This document shows, one piece after another, positions 25,698-38,914 of a stretch of DNA of 64,000 nt (position 1 is its first letter; the number at the start of each line of letters is the position of its first letter). The notes beneath the pieces were generated by a model that was given only the letters and a program-made list of their open reading frames with translations, did not search any database and was not told where the DNA came from. A program made the position numbers and the translations under genes. Source of the stretch: Octopus sinensis (taxonomy: Eukaryota); assembly GCF_006345805.1 (NCBI RefSeq), contig NC_043006.1, positions 18,600,001 through 18,664,000 on the forward strand, read 5' to 3'.

Positions 25698-25740
25698 TGT
25701 ATAATTATATATATATATATATATATATTTATTTATTTTA
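25285..25740. repeat. (CA)n/(TA)n/(TATG)n microsatellite cluster
   Basis: Direct reading. Confidence 0.9.
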
Positions 25741-25832
25741 TAGAAGGAGCTTCTACAGGACAGTAAATTAATTTATTCTGCTATGTATTGAGTACCTTAT
25801 TTACTGTGGTTAACCCCGACTCAACCCGGGAC

Positions 25833-25865
<33 letters not shown>

Positions 25866-26139
25866 GCAAAGTTAGCAGTAGACCAGACAGCAGTGACAAC
25901 ATAAAGACAATGGACAGCAGCGACAGCAACACGCAATGATCGGCTAACGTTAAGAGATTCTCAACAGCAACTACTATCAGGGAGAATTTTTGGAAACTCA
26001 CCAGAGGAGAATGAAGAGCTGTTTTTACTCCAAAGCCTTTGTTTTCTTGGGATAAGAAATTATGTGAACCACATCAATAGCATCAGCAACCTAGAAAGAA
26101 TATATTCTACGCTGATATTCTGTCATTCTTTTAGTCAAA

Positions 26140-26285
26140 GAAATCGACCCTGGACTTATTCCCTGTAAGCTTGGTGCTTATTCTATCAGTCTGTTCTGCC
26201 GAACAGCTGGTTATGGGGACGCAAACACACCAACATCGGTTGTCAAGCGATGATAGTGGGGGGGGGACAAACACAGACACATAAA
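26140..26285 (-). mobile_element. SINE-A, 3' half, degenerate
   Basis: aaatcgaccc..gacttattc...ggttgtcaagc...ggacaaacacagacac matches 1267-1405. Confidence 0.8.
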
Positions 26286-26754
26286 TAAAACTGTCCGACG
26301 AACGGGAACGTGAAACTCTGAGTAATAGTTTTGGCGGGAAAATCCAACCATGTTTCGCAGTTCGCTACCTCAACAACTACTTTATAAGACCCAGTGGCTA
26401 AAGACGTCTTTCTTTCGATGTATGCATAAGTCTACTCTAAAAAATGATAATAAACATTTTAAAACCAAAAAAAAAAAAAAGAATGTTATCTTTTTTCAGT
26501 CCCCACTCTCTGTCTCTTTGACTCTCTGTCTTTCTCTCTCACTTCATCTTTGTCCCTCCTCTCTCTCCCGATTTCTCACTCACTTCAACAATACCTCTTC
26601 TGCTTAACAACTTTTACTTCCATATTTCTTTGTACCTCTCACTTGAACCTGTTTGCCTCTTCCTTTGAAGTAAGTGTGACACACACCACAGGTACGTACG
26701 TACAAACTAAAAAGTTAGCGTATTAAGATTACTGATTATTATTTTCTCTTTATC

Positions 26755-26935
26755 ACAAGTTTTGTTGGAGCACCTGGAGACTTGCATGCGTAGCGGGCTT
26801 ACTCCCTATAACCTACAACACCATGTTATTCATTCTTTTCTGCTATCTAATATTTTCCTGATTATTCTGGCCGTGCCAAGGAGGCAAACCTTTTGTAACA
26901 GTTCTATAGGGCACTTTTTTCCTCTTGATGTCTTT
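26755..26935 (-). pseudogene. 3' end of a second R4/Dong-like family
   Basis: Minus-strand translation KCPIELLQKVCLLGTARIIRKILDS plus a distinct 3' UTR. Confidence 0.7.
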
Positions 26936-28232
26936 ATAGCGTGCTTTCACTTCACTACTGAGCGCAGCTCTGTGTGCCTTGGGTATGTGCTGTGTTTTGT
27001 TGTGATGCTCTGATGGTTATTGTATGGAAAGTGTTCTGCGTAGGATGTGTGCCGTGCCTAGTAGTGCAATTTTCTGTATGTTATATGTGTTTGTAAGTCC
27101 TGGTGTTTTTGTTATGTATTTGTCTGAATATTTTTTTATCATACCTAATGCACCTACTATGATAGGAATTGTTTCTGTATTTAGATTCCACATTCTGGTT
27201 ACCTCTATTTCCAGGTCTTTGTATTTTGAAAGTTTCTCCATTTCTTTTAGAGACACGTTGTCATCTGCCGGTATTGATACATCAATTAGAAAGCATTTTT
27301 TTTCTTCATGTTCTCTGACAACTATATCTGGTCTGTTGACCTTAATTTCTCTATCTGTGTGTATCGGCATATCCCAGAGTATGGTTGCTTTCTCGTTTTC
27401 TGTGACCTTTTCTGGTGTGTGTCTATACCATCCTTTTTCTGTTGTTATTCCATAATATTGGCATAGCTTCCAGTGTATGTAGGTTCCAACTCTGTCATGT
27501 CTGTGAATATATTCCTTCTTAGCCAGGACTGGGCAGCCAGAGATAATATGATTTATTGTTTCTTGTCCATCTCCACAAATTCTGCAGTTACTTGTTATAT
27601 TTCTTTTCATTACATGTTTTTGGTAATTTCTGGTGGGGAGGCTTTGGTCTTGTGCTGCAATTAAAAATCCCTCTGTCTCTGCTTTGAGTCCTGAGCTTCT
27701 CAACCATTGCTGGGATTTTTCTTTGTCTATTTCTTTTGCATTTAGTTTAGTCCAGTATTTACCATGAAGGGGTTTTCTTGCCATCATTTTATCATGGTTC
27801 TTTGTTGTTCTAGTTTTAGTTTGGATTTCATTTGTTTTATAGCTTTTGTTGTTTCTTCATCTTCTTCTTCTTTTTTATATTTTTTAGGTGGTATGATTTC
27901 TTGTTTGTATTTGTCAGCTTCCTTAAATACTGAGAACAGTTTTTTGTTTTGCTCGTGTTTTGCCGCTATTTTTATCAGTTTTCCTTCCTTCTGAAGTAGA
28001 TATTTTTGCAGTCCTATGGTGATTATTTTATAGTAGTTTTCCAGCTGTATAAGGCCTCTACCACCTTCTATACGTTGTATATATAGTCTTTCTATGTCAG
28101 ATTTTGGGTGATGCATCCTAGATCCTGTCATTATTTTTCTTGTTTTCCTATCTATTTTGGTCAGTTCATTTCGTGTCCAGTTAAGGATATTGTAGCTGTA
28201 ACTTATAACTGGGACAGCTAAAGTGTTAATAC
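26936..28232 (-). mobile_element. R4/Dong-like non-LTR retrotransposon, 5'-truncated (RT thumb, CCHC knuckle, RLE endonuclease, 3' UTR)
   Basis: ORFs 27784-28232 (SDIERLYIQRIEGGRGL) and 27017-27787 (CRICGDGQETINHIISGC, RHDRV, NRPDIVV, LIDVSIP, KLSKYKDL), separated by one stop and a frameshift. The 5' end abuts (AAT)n. Confidence 0.92.
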
Positions 28233-28345
<113 letters not shown>

Positions 28346-28782
28346 ATTGTATTGTAAATTCCGCGGAGGTCGACTTTTCCTTTCATCCTTTTGGGGTCGA
28401 TTAAAAAAGTATCAGTTACGCACTAGTTCCATCGCTAAAACTAATCTACTTAATCTCTCTCTCCCTCCCTGCTTCGTCCTATGACATAAAGAATATACAT
28501 GCATACATTCACATACAAACACACGTGAGTAAATAAGTCTGTGCGTATGTTCATGTGTATGTGTGCGTGTGTGTGTGTGAGTGAGAAAAAGTGATGACAC
28601 ATGAAGAACAATGATTATGTTATGAACTTCATTAGCTTACAGCTGTTTCAGTTATAAGACGCAGTAGACTCATAGTTCAATTCCTGAGTAACATACACTA
28701 GCTGCGGCGGAGTCTCGAATATGAAGTGCAATATACATACATACATACATATATATAATATAAATATATAAAGTAAAAAGTA

Positions 28783-29043
28783 AAGACCCCCTTCGGTCAT
28801 GAGTGACCATGGGTTTGCACCTAGAGAGTTACCCTCTGAGGCACAAGTCTGGGCAAGGTTGTTTTATGGAAGACCAGTAGTCGCCCATGCATACCGGCCT
28901 CCCCTCTCCACGCCACCAGTGTTATCCAAGGGAAAGACAAAGGTCGATACAGCTTGGCACCTGTGACGTCGCAACTCATTTCTACAGCTGAGTGAACTGG
29001 AGTAACGTGAAATAAAGTGTCTTGCTCAAGAACACAGCACGCA
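28783..29043 (-). mobile_element. SINE-C lacking the tRNA head
   Basis: Reverse-complement match to 10495-10755. Confidence 0.9.
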
Positions 29044-29479
29044 GAGAGAAAGAAATTTATGGATATAAATTGTGTGCGTGTGTGTATATATTACTTTGCA
29101 TGTTGTACTTGTTTTTCCTTTAGCCGCAGGTCACCTGTAAATTACTCGAACAGATCTATGATTACAAATATTCCAACCATGACTATCCAGACCTTTGAGA
29201 ATATGTCTAGGACCACACTATTTTATTTTTCAATATGTCCAATTTTCTGAAGACTGTTGCCTGACTTGTAATAGATTTGGGTATCATTTCGAACGAGCTG
29301 AACCACTTGCAGATGCCTGCTCGTTTGCTTGCATTTGTATGTGTATGTGCCGCAGATTTACTATTGTCATGCATCTGGTCAAGCTTCCTTTCTTGTATAT
29401 TATACCTATTTAATCTTAGATCTACACTCCTCATTACCGTTTCGTCATAAGGCTACGGAAATGCTGGTTCACCACCTTG

Positions 29480-29771
29480 AAGAGCTCAGTCTAATAAATC
29501 ATTCCCAGTGCCCTTTTTATTTGCTAAGCTTAGCATTAGTCTATCATCCTATATTACCGAGCCACTAAGTTACGGAGACGTAAACAAATCTGCTCCGGTT
29601 GTCAAACGGTGGTGGAGTACAAACATAGACACAAAGACACACACTGGTATGTGTGTAAGTAAGTAAGTATGTATGTATGTATGTATGTATGTATGTATGT
29701 ATGTATGTATGTATGTATGTATGTATGTATTCATGCATGTATGCATGTATGTATATATGTATGTATATATG

Positions 29772-29858
<87 letters not shown>

Positions 29859-29883
29859 ATATATATATAATATATATATATAT

Positions 29884-29917
<34 letters not shown>

Positions 29918-29980
29918 GGCAGACGTCTTTCAGTTTTCGTCTACCAAATACATTTATTACATTTTGATCGGCTCGAGGCA
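29480..29980 (-). mobile_element. Old SINE-A copy with an expanded central microsatellite
   Basis: ctaagttacgg.gacgtaaac...ccggttgtcaa and tttcagtttt.gtctaccaaat flank a (TATG)/(TA)/(GATA) tract. Confidence 0.7.
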
Positions 29981-31499
29981 CTTTCCACATAAAATTTTGT
30001 TGACAGAGTGGTTAATGTCAAGATTTTTTGTGTTTCATACCAATTGTACCTTTTTATAAATAGAAACTGTGATCCGTTTTAAACTTACATATATCTTATA
30101 TAACTATACATAGCGTAAATGTACGACACGAACGCGTTCATAGCTTTCAGGTATATGATTAAATGGTGAGTGGGTGGTAGTAGTTAGTTGGATATCCAAT
30201 GAACTTTCAATCACACAGAATTTCCTACCGGATTTTATTTTCTCTTTCTAGACTTAAAAGAAATTTTGCAAATGGTATTTATCAAAATGACGTTGTGCCA
30301 AACTAGCTACAACGCATAAGAAAATATTTATCTAATGTTCAGTAATACGAATTATAAGACTGCTCTGACATAAACTCGGTTCGTGTTATTTTAGCATTAT
30401 AGATATAGAATTTCAATTAGTATGTTATTTGTGATGAAAATAGTAAAAAATAGAGAAATTTTCTCTTTATATTTAAATATGAATTACAGACTAAATAAAT
30501 GACAAAACAATCATAAAAAAATATTAGTTTTCAAAAAGCGATTTTATATTTCATTTATTTTGGAAGTCTTTCCAGGAAATTAGATTGATAATTTAGATGA
30601 AGATTAAGTGAAGTATAAATATCATTGTAAATAAAGAAAGCAAGCTGAGTGTTTTCACAAATAGCAGTATCAAGTGTTGAAATCTCGTCCGGCAATACTA
30701 ATTTCTCTCTCTGTAGACTGTTTAGAAATACTGAAGTGTTGTCGCACGATGTATTCGAGTGTAAGATGAGTACACGAATGATATTAATATTGAAGGTGCG
30801 TGAAGGAGTGGATTTTCTGCCATTCTAATGATTTTAACAATTTCCCGGCCCGCCATCATCACGCATAGGCAAGCACATAAACAGATGTGCATATAAACAA
30901 ATGAATACACGCGGTGTAGAAACGTTGGTGCACAACATCAAAATGTCAAACAAGAAATACAACCATATGAAATCTACAACACCAATATTTTCCAGGAAAT
31001 ATTTCATTAACTTTGTTAGTATTTAAACTGAAAATGTATGTAAATCAACTGCAGCAAAACATTGAGGCATTTGGTTCTAACTCGATGTTAGATAAATCGC
31101 TGTGTGTGGTTTCAAAGTATGTGCCTCCATGAAACATAATTTGAGCCAAAAGAAAATGATGTCGTTGTTTTGATTCGAACCTGCGCTTATTGAGTTCACC
31201 TAGGATCAAAGGCATTCGTTATGGGAAGCTCGGAATAACGGTTTGTGTCGTTTTTCATCTTCAATTAAATTCAAAATTTAACCATATCTTTGGTATTTCC
31301 TCCAGATTGTTTTGCATATTTACTCGTATATGTGTGGGTGTGAGTGTGTGTATGCCTGTGTATGAGAGGTTTACTGTACGTGTTTGTGTTTCTACATTGG
31401 ACAAGGTATTCTTCTTTAAGACATCAGATTTTCATATGAGGAAATTTGGGGGTTGTTTGTAGTAGGTCAAACATCAATCTAAATACTTATTTACAACCA

Positions 31500-32050
31500 A
31501 CGCGAAGACGCTTGCGCTGTCACTCGAGCCATTGCAAGAGACCCTTGGTATTCATCATCCTTCTAGAAATGTCAACCTAATCGGTTATAAACCAAATCTT
31601 ACCCTCAAATTCAATGATGTGGTCTTAGATACCCTACTCACGTAAATATGACGGGCGGGTCATCGATGGAAAGCTATTCATCATGCGACTTATTTGAGAC
31701 TTAACTACATGAATCTCTTTTGTACTATGAAGTGCACTGCAAAAAGGATTGAGGGAACCTGGATAGAGAATTTGTGTTGCTGCTTCTAAAGTTCTACCTC
31801 TACTTCCGTGGTTAACATACTGGGTGGCGAGCCAACAGGGGTATTTCAGCATTGAGGGAACCTTCTCGAAGCAGTAGTCGAATTTCCATCAAAATACAAT
31901 CTATCTTCCAGAGTGATCTCGTTCATCTTCACGTTAATAGAGAGTATTGTGTGAGACACAGCATGGACCCATCTCGTGGTATTCATCTCATCTGCATATT
32001 ACCTCCCAGGATGTTCTTTATGGAGTGATTGAGGCAGATCTTCAGGTTAC
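31500..32050 (-). pseudogene. Possible decayed Gypsy integrase fragment
   Basis: LHKEHPG (cf. LHEGHPG) and DHIIEFEGKIWFITD (cf. HIDFAGPFxGKMWLIxVD). Many stops. Confidence 0.4.
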
Positions 32051-32399
32051 AATGAAAAATTTAGAATATTCAGATTGAATCAAACGTTTTTATTCTAAAA
32101 GCATAGAATGATAGGAAAAGACAGAATGGTCAGGGCGGGAAGATAGCTTTGCTCGATCGGATCTACAAGAACTTCAAACGACAAATCATCGAGAGGTAGT
32201 GGATCTACTGAAAACATGCACTATATAAAATGTACTACATGAAAATTAGTCTGATAGATTCCAGCTACTGGGGATGATGATCTCAGATTCCCATTTAAGC
32301 GAAACACATCTCACTTTTAGTGCTGCCGAAATTCAGAAGAGGAAATGTTACTTTGTGGTACTTGTTTCCAGTTGATGTTACTGGGCTATTGCACCTTTA

Positions 32400-32627
32400 A
32401 TGAAGGTTCGTGGATTAGTGGTTAGGGTATTCGACTCACGGATGTAAAGTCGTGGGTTCGCTACCCGGCTACCTTTTGTATCGTTGAGCAAGAAACTTTA
32501 TTTCACGTTGCTTCCGTCCACTCAGCTGGCTATAATAGAAGACGCCCAAGGTGCCACACAGTGGGACTGAACTTGGAACCATGTGGTTTATAAGCAAGCA
32601 ACTTACCACACAGCCACTCCTGCGCCC
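32400..32627. mobile_element. Two opposed SINE heads: SINE-C/D-type on plus (32400-32530) and SINE-A on minus (32535-32627)
   Basis: gagcaagaaactttatttcacgttgc...cactcagctg followed by the reversed SINE-A 5' end. Confidence 0.75.
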
Positions 32628-32721
<94 letters not shown>

Positions 32722-32874
32722 CATATATACATGTATACGCGCACACGTATACAAACATGAGTATACATTTTTTAAACTTTTATTTTTTTCATGAGGAAAT
32801 ATTTTATCTCAATTTTACTTTGTTTTATTCATTAAGTAGTTTTACTCCTATAGACTATAACTCATTATTCATGA

Positions 32875-33052
32875 TTAATATTATTATTATTATTATTATT
32901 ATATTATTATTATTATTATTATTATTATATTATTATTATTATTATTGTTGTTGTTGCTGTTATTATTATTATTATTGTTATTATTATTGTTGTTGCTGTT
33001 ATTATTATTATTATTGTTATTATTATTTCTATTATTGTTATTATTATTATTA

Positions 33053-33108
<56 letters not shown>

Positions 33109-33142
33109 TCATTATTATCATTATTATTATTATTATTATTGA
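32875..33142. repeat. (TTA)n/(TTG)n
   Basis: Direct reading. Confidence 0.95.
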
Positions 33143-33469
33143 ATTAAAAATAAAATTAATAATTTTAATGCATGAGCGCACACACACACATATACATACA
33201 CACATAATAAACACTGTTATATATTCTGAATATTCAACGGATCACAATGCAATTCTTGTATTGCCTTTTTGTGTCTGATGATTTTCCATTTAAAAATGTA
33301 AGATTATATATTCATATATATGTTTTGTAGTTTTAATTTTGGTTATGAAAGGAAACAATTGTAGGTGAACATTTTTATTAATTAATGAATTAATTTGCAT
33401 CCATTAGATCTCTCCGTTTTCAAACTTAATAATTATATATATATATATATATATATTATTTAATTATTT

Positions 33470-33650
33470 TTTCTTCCGTCTTCCTTTTCTCTTGGATATT
33501 CCTCCGCATCCTGCTCCTGACGAAGAGCTTGCTTGAAAGGTAAAACTTCCTTCATTTCCTTCTCTGAGCATCTGCTAATACTTGGCATGTACCACGTCCT
33601 TGCGTTGTTGTTATTTTCCTGTTCTGTTTGTTCTTCATTTTGGTGGGGAT
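33470..33650 (+). mobile_element. Element F with a degenerate hammerhead motif
   Basis: Collinear with 56175-56335. CTGACGA-a-GAGC-tt-GCTT-GAAA-gg-TA at 33517-33542. Confidence 0.7.
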
Positions 33651-33844
33651 TAATTATATATAATATAAAGTTAGTACAAAGCATGAGGATGCGGAAATAG
33701 CATCTACCTGTTTAGAAATAGTTGCTAAATTCGCAATTCAACCGCCGGAAGGCACCAAATAACAGAAAAACAACACTGGGCGAGGAAACGGATAAAGAAT
33801 AAAGATATTAAAAAAAGCATACCTTTAAGAATATGCCATTCAAC

Positions 33845-33891
<47 letters not shown>

Positions 33892-36169
33892 AATATGCTG
33901 TTTAGCATTTTGACAAATAGATAACAACAAATTAACTACCAGGTTTAAATGAGTAGTTCGTCGATAAGTTCGACCAGAACCGCTGATGGTACTGCTCCAG
34001 CTTAGCCGCATTCTATTATCCGAAACTATTTCAGGAATAATTATGTATGTATGTACGTTATTTGTATGATAGTACACGCTTCGCTTTTGTGTCCAAGTGC
34101 ATTGTGTACGTATGCATGCATGTGAAAGTTTCCTTGTTGCGTAAACCTTGAATAGAGAAGGAAAAAGATTACATTAGTACGGCTTTCTCTTCAGTAAACA
34201 CCAAAGTAATGAAATGGAAAAGTAATTATATTCTTTAAGTTGCTGGTAAATATATATGATTTTGGCTCATAACACAGAGGCTGTGCATTGTAATTCCTGT
34301 GGTGTGGAGGTGTGAAAGAGAATGATAAGAAGATAATAGTTTTGATAAAAATCTTCCGGACGCTACAGGATTTCTGTAGTATTAATCATAATTGGTTTAT
34401 AATTGAATAAATATATAAGCATGAATGTATCCGTTTGATATTGTCTTCTTTTTCTGCTTTCGCTTTTATGCAGGATCAGAGACCGCTGGTATTTATTTAC
34501 CAAGTCTAGGAACATGCAGTATTGAGAGGCGTTGACATCTGGAAAGAAGAAACGTGAACAGTATATATGCAGCTTCCTTGTGTAGTTAGTTTTTTGCTGG
34601 TCGTTTGCTAATGGAATAGTGTTGTTCCATTTTCACATATTGGCATTTAAATAAGCATCACTCTTCACATATTCTAGTGATGTTATCTAAATTATACCTG
34701 TCTTATCTGACTGTCAGCTGTGTATATAGTTTGGTGAGCTCTGAACGGATATAGCATTAATGATTCTTTATTGAAAAACGTATTATCACAGTCCTAGTAA
34801 CTATTATACTGAGTGACAGTGGACCATAAACTGTTTAAACTTTGCTGTATTGGCTTCAAAAATAGTCTTGGCTCTAGAATAAGGAATATCAATCGATAAT
34901 TTTATTTCTTGCAATCATATATTTGGACAAATATTTTGGTTGCTTGTTAAGTTGATTACTTTGGCAGAAAAGGTTGGGATTCGGATTAAAGTCATATCTC
35001 GATTTTATTTCGTCCTCCTAAGCTTTTCAATGAAACCTCGATGTAACCAGATTGTCTGGTGTTTTAGATCGTCTCGAGATCAATTCTATTGCATCATATC
35101 TCTGCTGCAGAGTTTTAGCTTAGCTTGTTCGTTGTCAGAAGAAATCAAAATAATCATAAAGGAAGACTTATGACCTAGTAAATTCCTGTATGAAAAACAT
35201 TCGTTTACCTCTTAAAATGCTATTAAGTGGACGTCAAGATGTATAGTTCGGTATTGATTTCCCTTTGCAGCTATTTAGTATCATTTTTATGCCAATCGTA
35301 TAAAGACATGTGACCCTGTGGTTAGGATGTCTGGCTCATAATAATTAAGTCGCGGGTTCTATTCCTGGAGCGGGCGACTTTATGAACTTCTAGGTGTCAG
35401 ACCTGTTTATCTCTATAAAGCAATTATTACCTTGTTTTTACTTTGTAGGTGATTATCAGAACTCTTTACCTATATGAAGTACATATTATCTTGTTGTTAC
35501 TCCGGAGGCTAGTGTCAAATTCTTAAAGTACTTATTATATCGTTGTTACCCAAATGCAACGAATATTATCTCACAGATGCACTGTTTCTTCTCGTTGACC
35601 TGTATCTTTCAGAATTAGACAACTATATAGCCTCTTTACCTTTAGTACTTGCTTCAGTTATTCGACCGTATTCCTTTTTTCGTACATGATATATTTCCTC
35701 TCATCTAACTCTGCATCTTAATTTAACCTAATCTGGTTGCACTAGTCCATTTTACTTATATCTTCTCTCAGGTCATTAATTTTCATTAGTATCCACCTTT
35801 TCAATTAGGTCACTCGCTGGTCCTTCCTTTGCTCTTTCTTTCATTCAATCTATGATGCAACATTGGCACCTGCTAATATTTACGTATTGGTATCATTAAT
35901 GTTTTCCCGGCTAATTTTCTCAGCCACTTTGTTCAGTTTTGAAGATTTTTGTCTTTACCATAAGATGATTCACCCTCCTCAAGTAAACTGATTCTAGAAC
36001 CTCTCTCAGATTTTCAAAGATTTTTTATTATTCTCATTTAATTTTTGCATGCACAGGAAAAATGCTACAAGTATTTTGTGGGGATAAAAATGTAAGCCTT
36101 TGAAGTGGGTCTGTTGTGGAAATTACCTATATAAATGTAAATAGAACCCAACAAACTGGATACTGTATT

Positions 36170-36556
36170 TATCAGCAAGAAGGAACTAAGTATTTTAATT
36201 GATGTAGCATGATCATTTTACACCAGAGTAAAGGGAAAATTTAAGAGTAGAGTATTATACGGACATGAAGTATGAAAACCTCAACTGATAGGACAGAGAA
36301 GTTAACGTGGTCATGATACTATCGATTATTACTGGAGCTTTGGGGACAATGAAGGAAAAATTAGAGAATAAACCTTGAAAGATTTCAGCGTAACCTGGGA
36401 GTTAGTGCAACGAAGAAACCATATCCATTCAGGATTAACTGAAAAGATGACAATTCAGCGTAAGAACAGTTATTAAGAGCTGAAAATGCTCCTTAGTCTA
36501 AACCAGGAATTCTGATTTGAAAGGAACTAGGTGCAAGCCAAATTCTGTGAAACAAC

Positions 36557-36560
<4 letters not shown>
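36170..36560 (+). pseudogene. Decayed RLE LINE C-terminus and 3' UTR ending in (AAT)n
   Basis: KYENL...VMILSIITGALGTMKEKLE. Confidence 0.5.
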
Positions 36561-36619
<59 letters not shown>

Positions 36620-36663
36620 TGATGATGATGATGTTGATGATAATAATAATAATAATAATAATG

Positions 36664-36714
<51 letters not shown>

Positions 36715-36784
36715 TGGCGGTGCCCCAGCATGGCCACAGCTCATAAGCTGAAACTAGAATCAATCAATCAATCAATCAATAATA

Positions 36785-37235
36785 ATACACAGATAGAGAA
36801 ATGAAGGCCAACAGACCAGATATAGTTGTCAGAGATCATGAAGAAAAAGAAAGCTTTCTAATTGATATATCAATACCAGCAGATGACAACGTGTCTCTAA
36901 AAGAAATGGAGAAACTTTCAAAATACAAAGACCTGGAAATAGAGGTAACTAGAATGTGGAATCTAAATACAGAAACAATTCCTATCATAGTAGGTGCATT
37001 AGGTGTGATAAGAAAATATTCAGACAAATACATAACAAAAACACAAGGACTTACAAACACATATAACATACAGAAAATTGTACTACTAGGCACTGCACAC
37101 ATCCTACGCAGAACACTTTCAATACAGTAACCATCGGAGCATCACAACAAATCACAGTACATACCCAAGGCACCCAGAGCTGCGCTCGGTAGTGAAGTGA
37201 AAGCACGTTATAAAAATAAAACTACTGAATGATAA
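36785..37235 (+). mobile_element. R4/Dong-like 3' fragment, same family as 26936-28232
   Basis: ORF 36801-37130 differs from the 27017 ORF at 9 of 108 aa. Shared 3' UTR. AAT-type arrays on both sides. Confidence 0.92.
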
Positions 37236-37253
37236 TAATAATAATGATGATAA

Positions 37254-37292
<39 letters not shown>

Positions 37293-37317
37293 TGGTGGTG
37301 TGGTGGTGGTGGTGGTG

Positions 37318-37374
<57 letters not shown>

Positions 37375-37392
37375 ATGATAATGATAATAATA

Positions 37393-37715
37393 GTGCTTGA
37401 TAAAAATCATATCTTACTCCTCTGGAACTTCACCATTCAAACTGACCGAAAGATACATGTAAATAGGCCAGACATCATATTGAAAGACGTCATCCAAAAA
37501 TCATGCCTCCTAATCGATATGTCTGTCCCAGTCGATATAAACTTATCTGTCAAGAACTACAAAAATTGAGCAAGTATAAAGATCTTGAAATAGAAATTAG
37601 CAAAATTTGGAACCTGAAGACTAAAACAATACTTGTTGTCATAGGTGCCCTAGGAATGATAGCAAAAGGGGCTGATTGCTGCCTAGCTCAGATACCAGGA
37701 AACCTCAAAATGGTG
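37393..37715 (+). pseudogene. RLE LINE 3' fragment (third family)
   Basis: LWNFTIQTDRKIHVNRPDII..LIDMSVP; KLSKYKDLEIEISKIW..VIGALG. Confidence 0.85.
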
Positions 37716-38060
37716 GAGTGCGAAGAATTGTATTCTTCACGACGAAAATACATCCTGTCAGCGAGTTCACCTCGGTGAGATTCTCGTCCAAAGCAACATG
37801 ATATCAATTCCGCACCCGCCTTATTCGCCAGATTTAGCACCTGTGGACTTCCATCTCTTCCTCTAGATGAAAACGCAACTCAAAGGTCGTCGTTTCAATA
37901 TTGTTGTCGAAATCCAGAGCTAATCACAAAAGGCCCTTGACTCTCTTACGAAAAACAACTTCGAGCCCGGATTCTAAATGTGGCAGGAACGCTGAGACCG
38001 GTGTACTGGTGCGCAAAGGGATTATTTCGAAGGAGATGATATTAAAACTTAGGCAAATAA
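37716..38060 (+). pseudogene. Mariner transposase C-terminal fragment
   Basis: IPHPPYSPDLAPVDFHLF..LKGRRF..DYFEGD. Confidence 0.85.
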
Positions 38061-38077
38061 GTTAATTTTTAGGTGTG

Positions 38078-38280
38078 CTGAAAAGTTTATGACTTTGAGT
38101 AAAAGAAACTACAGGAGGATCAACTAATTATGATTTTATTCAACATATATTCCCCTCTCAGATTCACACACTTATTGCAGCGGTCCGTCAGTTTTTCTAA
38201 GCCTTGTAAAAGAATTCGCAAGCCAGGGCCTCCAACCAGGCCTCTCACAATACTCTTAAAGCCAGGAACTGGCTTTAAGA
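38078..38280 (+). mobile_element. Mariner-derived MITE
   Basis: Homologous to 4555-4688. Begins g.tgctgaaaagtt. Confidence 0.65.
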
Positions 38281-38914
38281 TGGGAGTGTATGTATGTGTA
38301 TGTGTGTGTGTGTGTGTGTGCAAGTGTGTGAATAATCAAGTACGTGTGCGTGTGTGCTCTTGTACTAATGTAGTCTGTGTGTTCTTGTGTCGTTTTAAGG
38401 TATGTGTGTGTAAAAGGTAGTCCGACATATGCATGCGCATGTGGGTTTGTGCTAAAGTGTGTGTGTGTGTATCGTATTTATGCATGAATATTGCTTTTTA
38501 TATGCGTATGTACATATGTGTGTATGTATGTATATATGTATGTATGTATGCATTCATGCACATATGTATGTATGTGAGCGAGTGTGTGTGCCCTTGTTAT
38601 TAGTTGGCGTGAGTTGATGGCGCTGTTGGATAAAGTGTGTATGGAGTTGTCATGTGTGTAATGTTCTGTGTTTGAGCATTTGTACATGTGTATGAGGGCG
38701 TTTCTATGCGTGTGTGTGCGTGTGTGTGTGAGGTTAACTGACGTAGGCGTGTTGTAGGAAGATGTAAGCGTGTGAGCGTGTGTGTTGGTGTATGTATATG
38801 TTGTAGGGGCATAATGGAGCATGTGGTGTGGGTACTGAGTATAACGGTTTAGAGGTGTGTAGGTAGAGAAGGAAGGGTAAAGGAAGGTGGGTGTTGTATG
38901 GTGTGTAAAATGTT

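Noticed and set aside
28636-28690. Minus-strand ctcagga...GAAA-CAGCTG-TA, a possible fossil hammerhead
   Set aside because: First box is mutated, stem II is absent and stem I is unconvincing; only suggestive.
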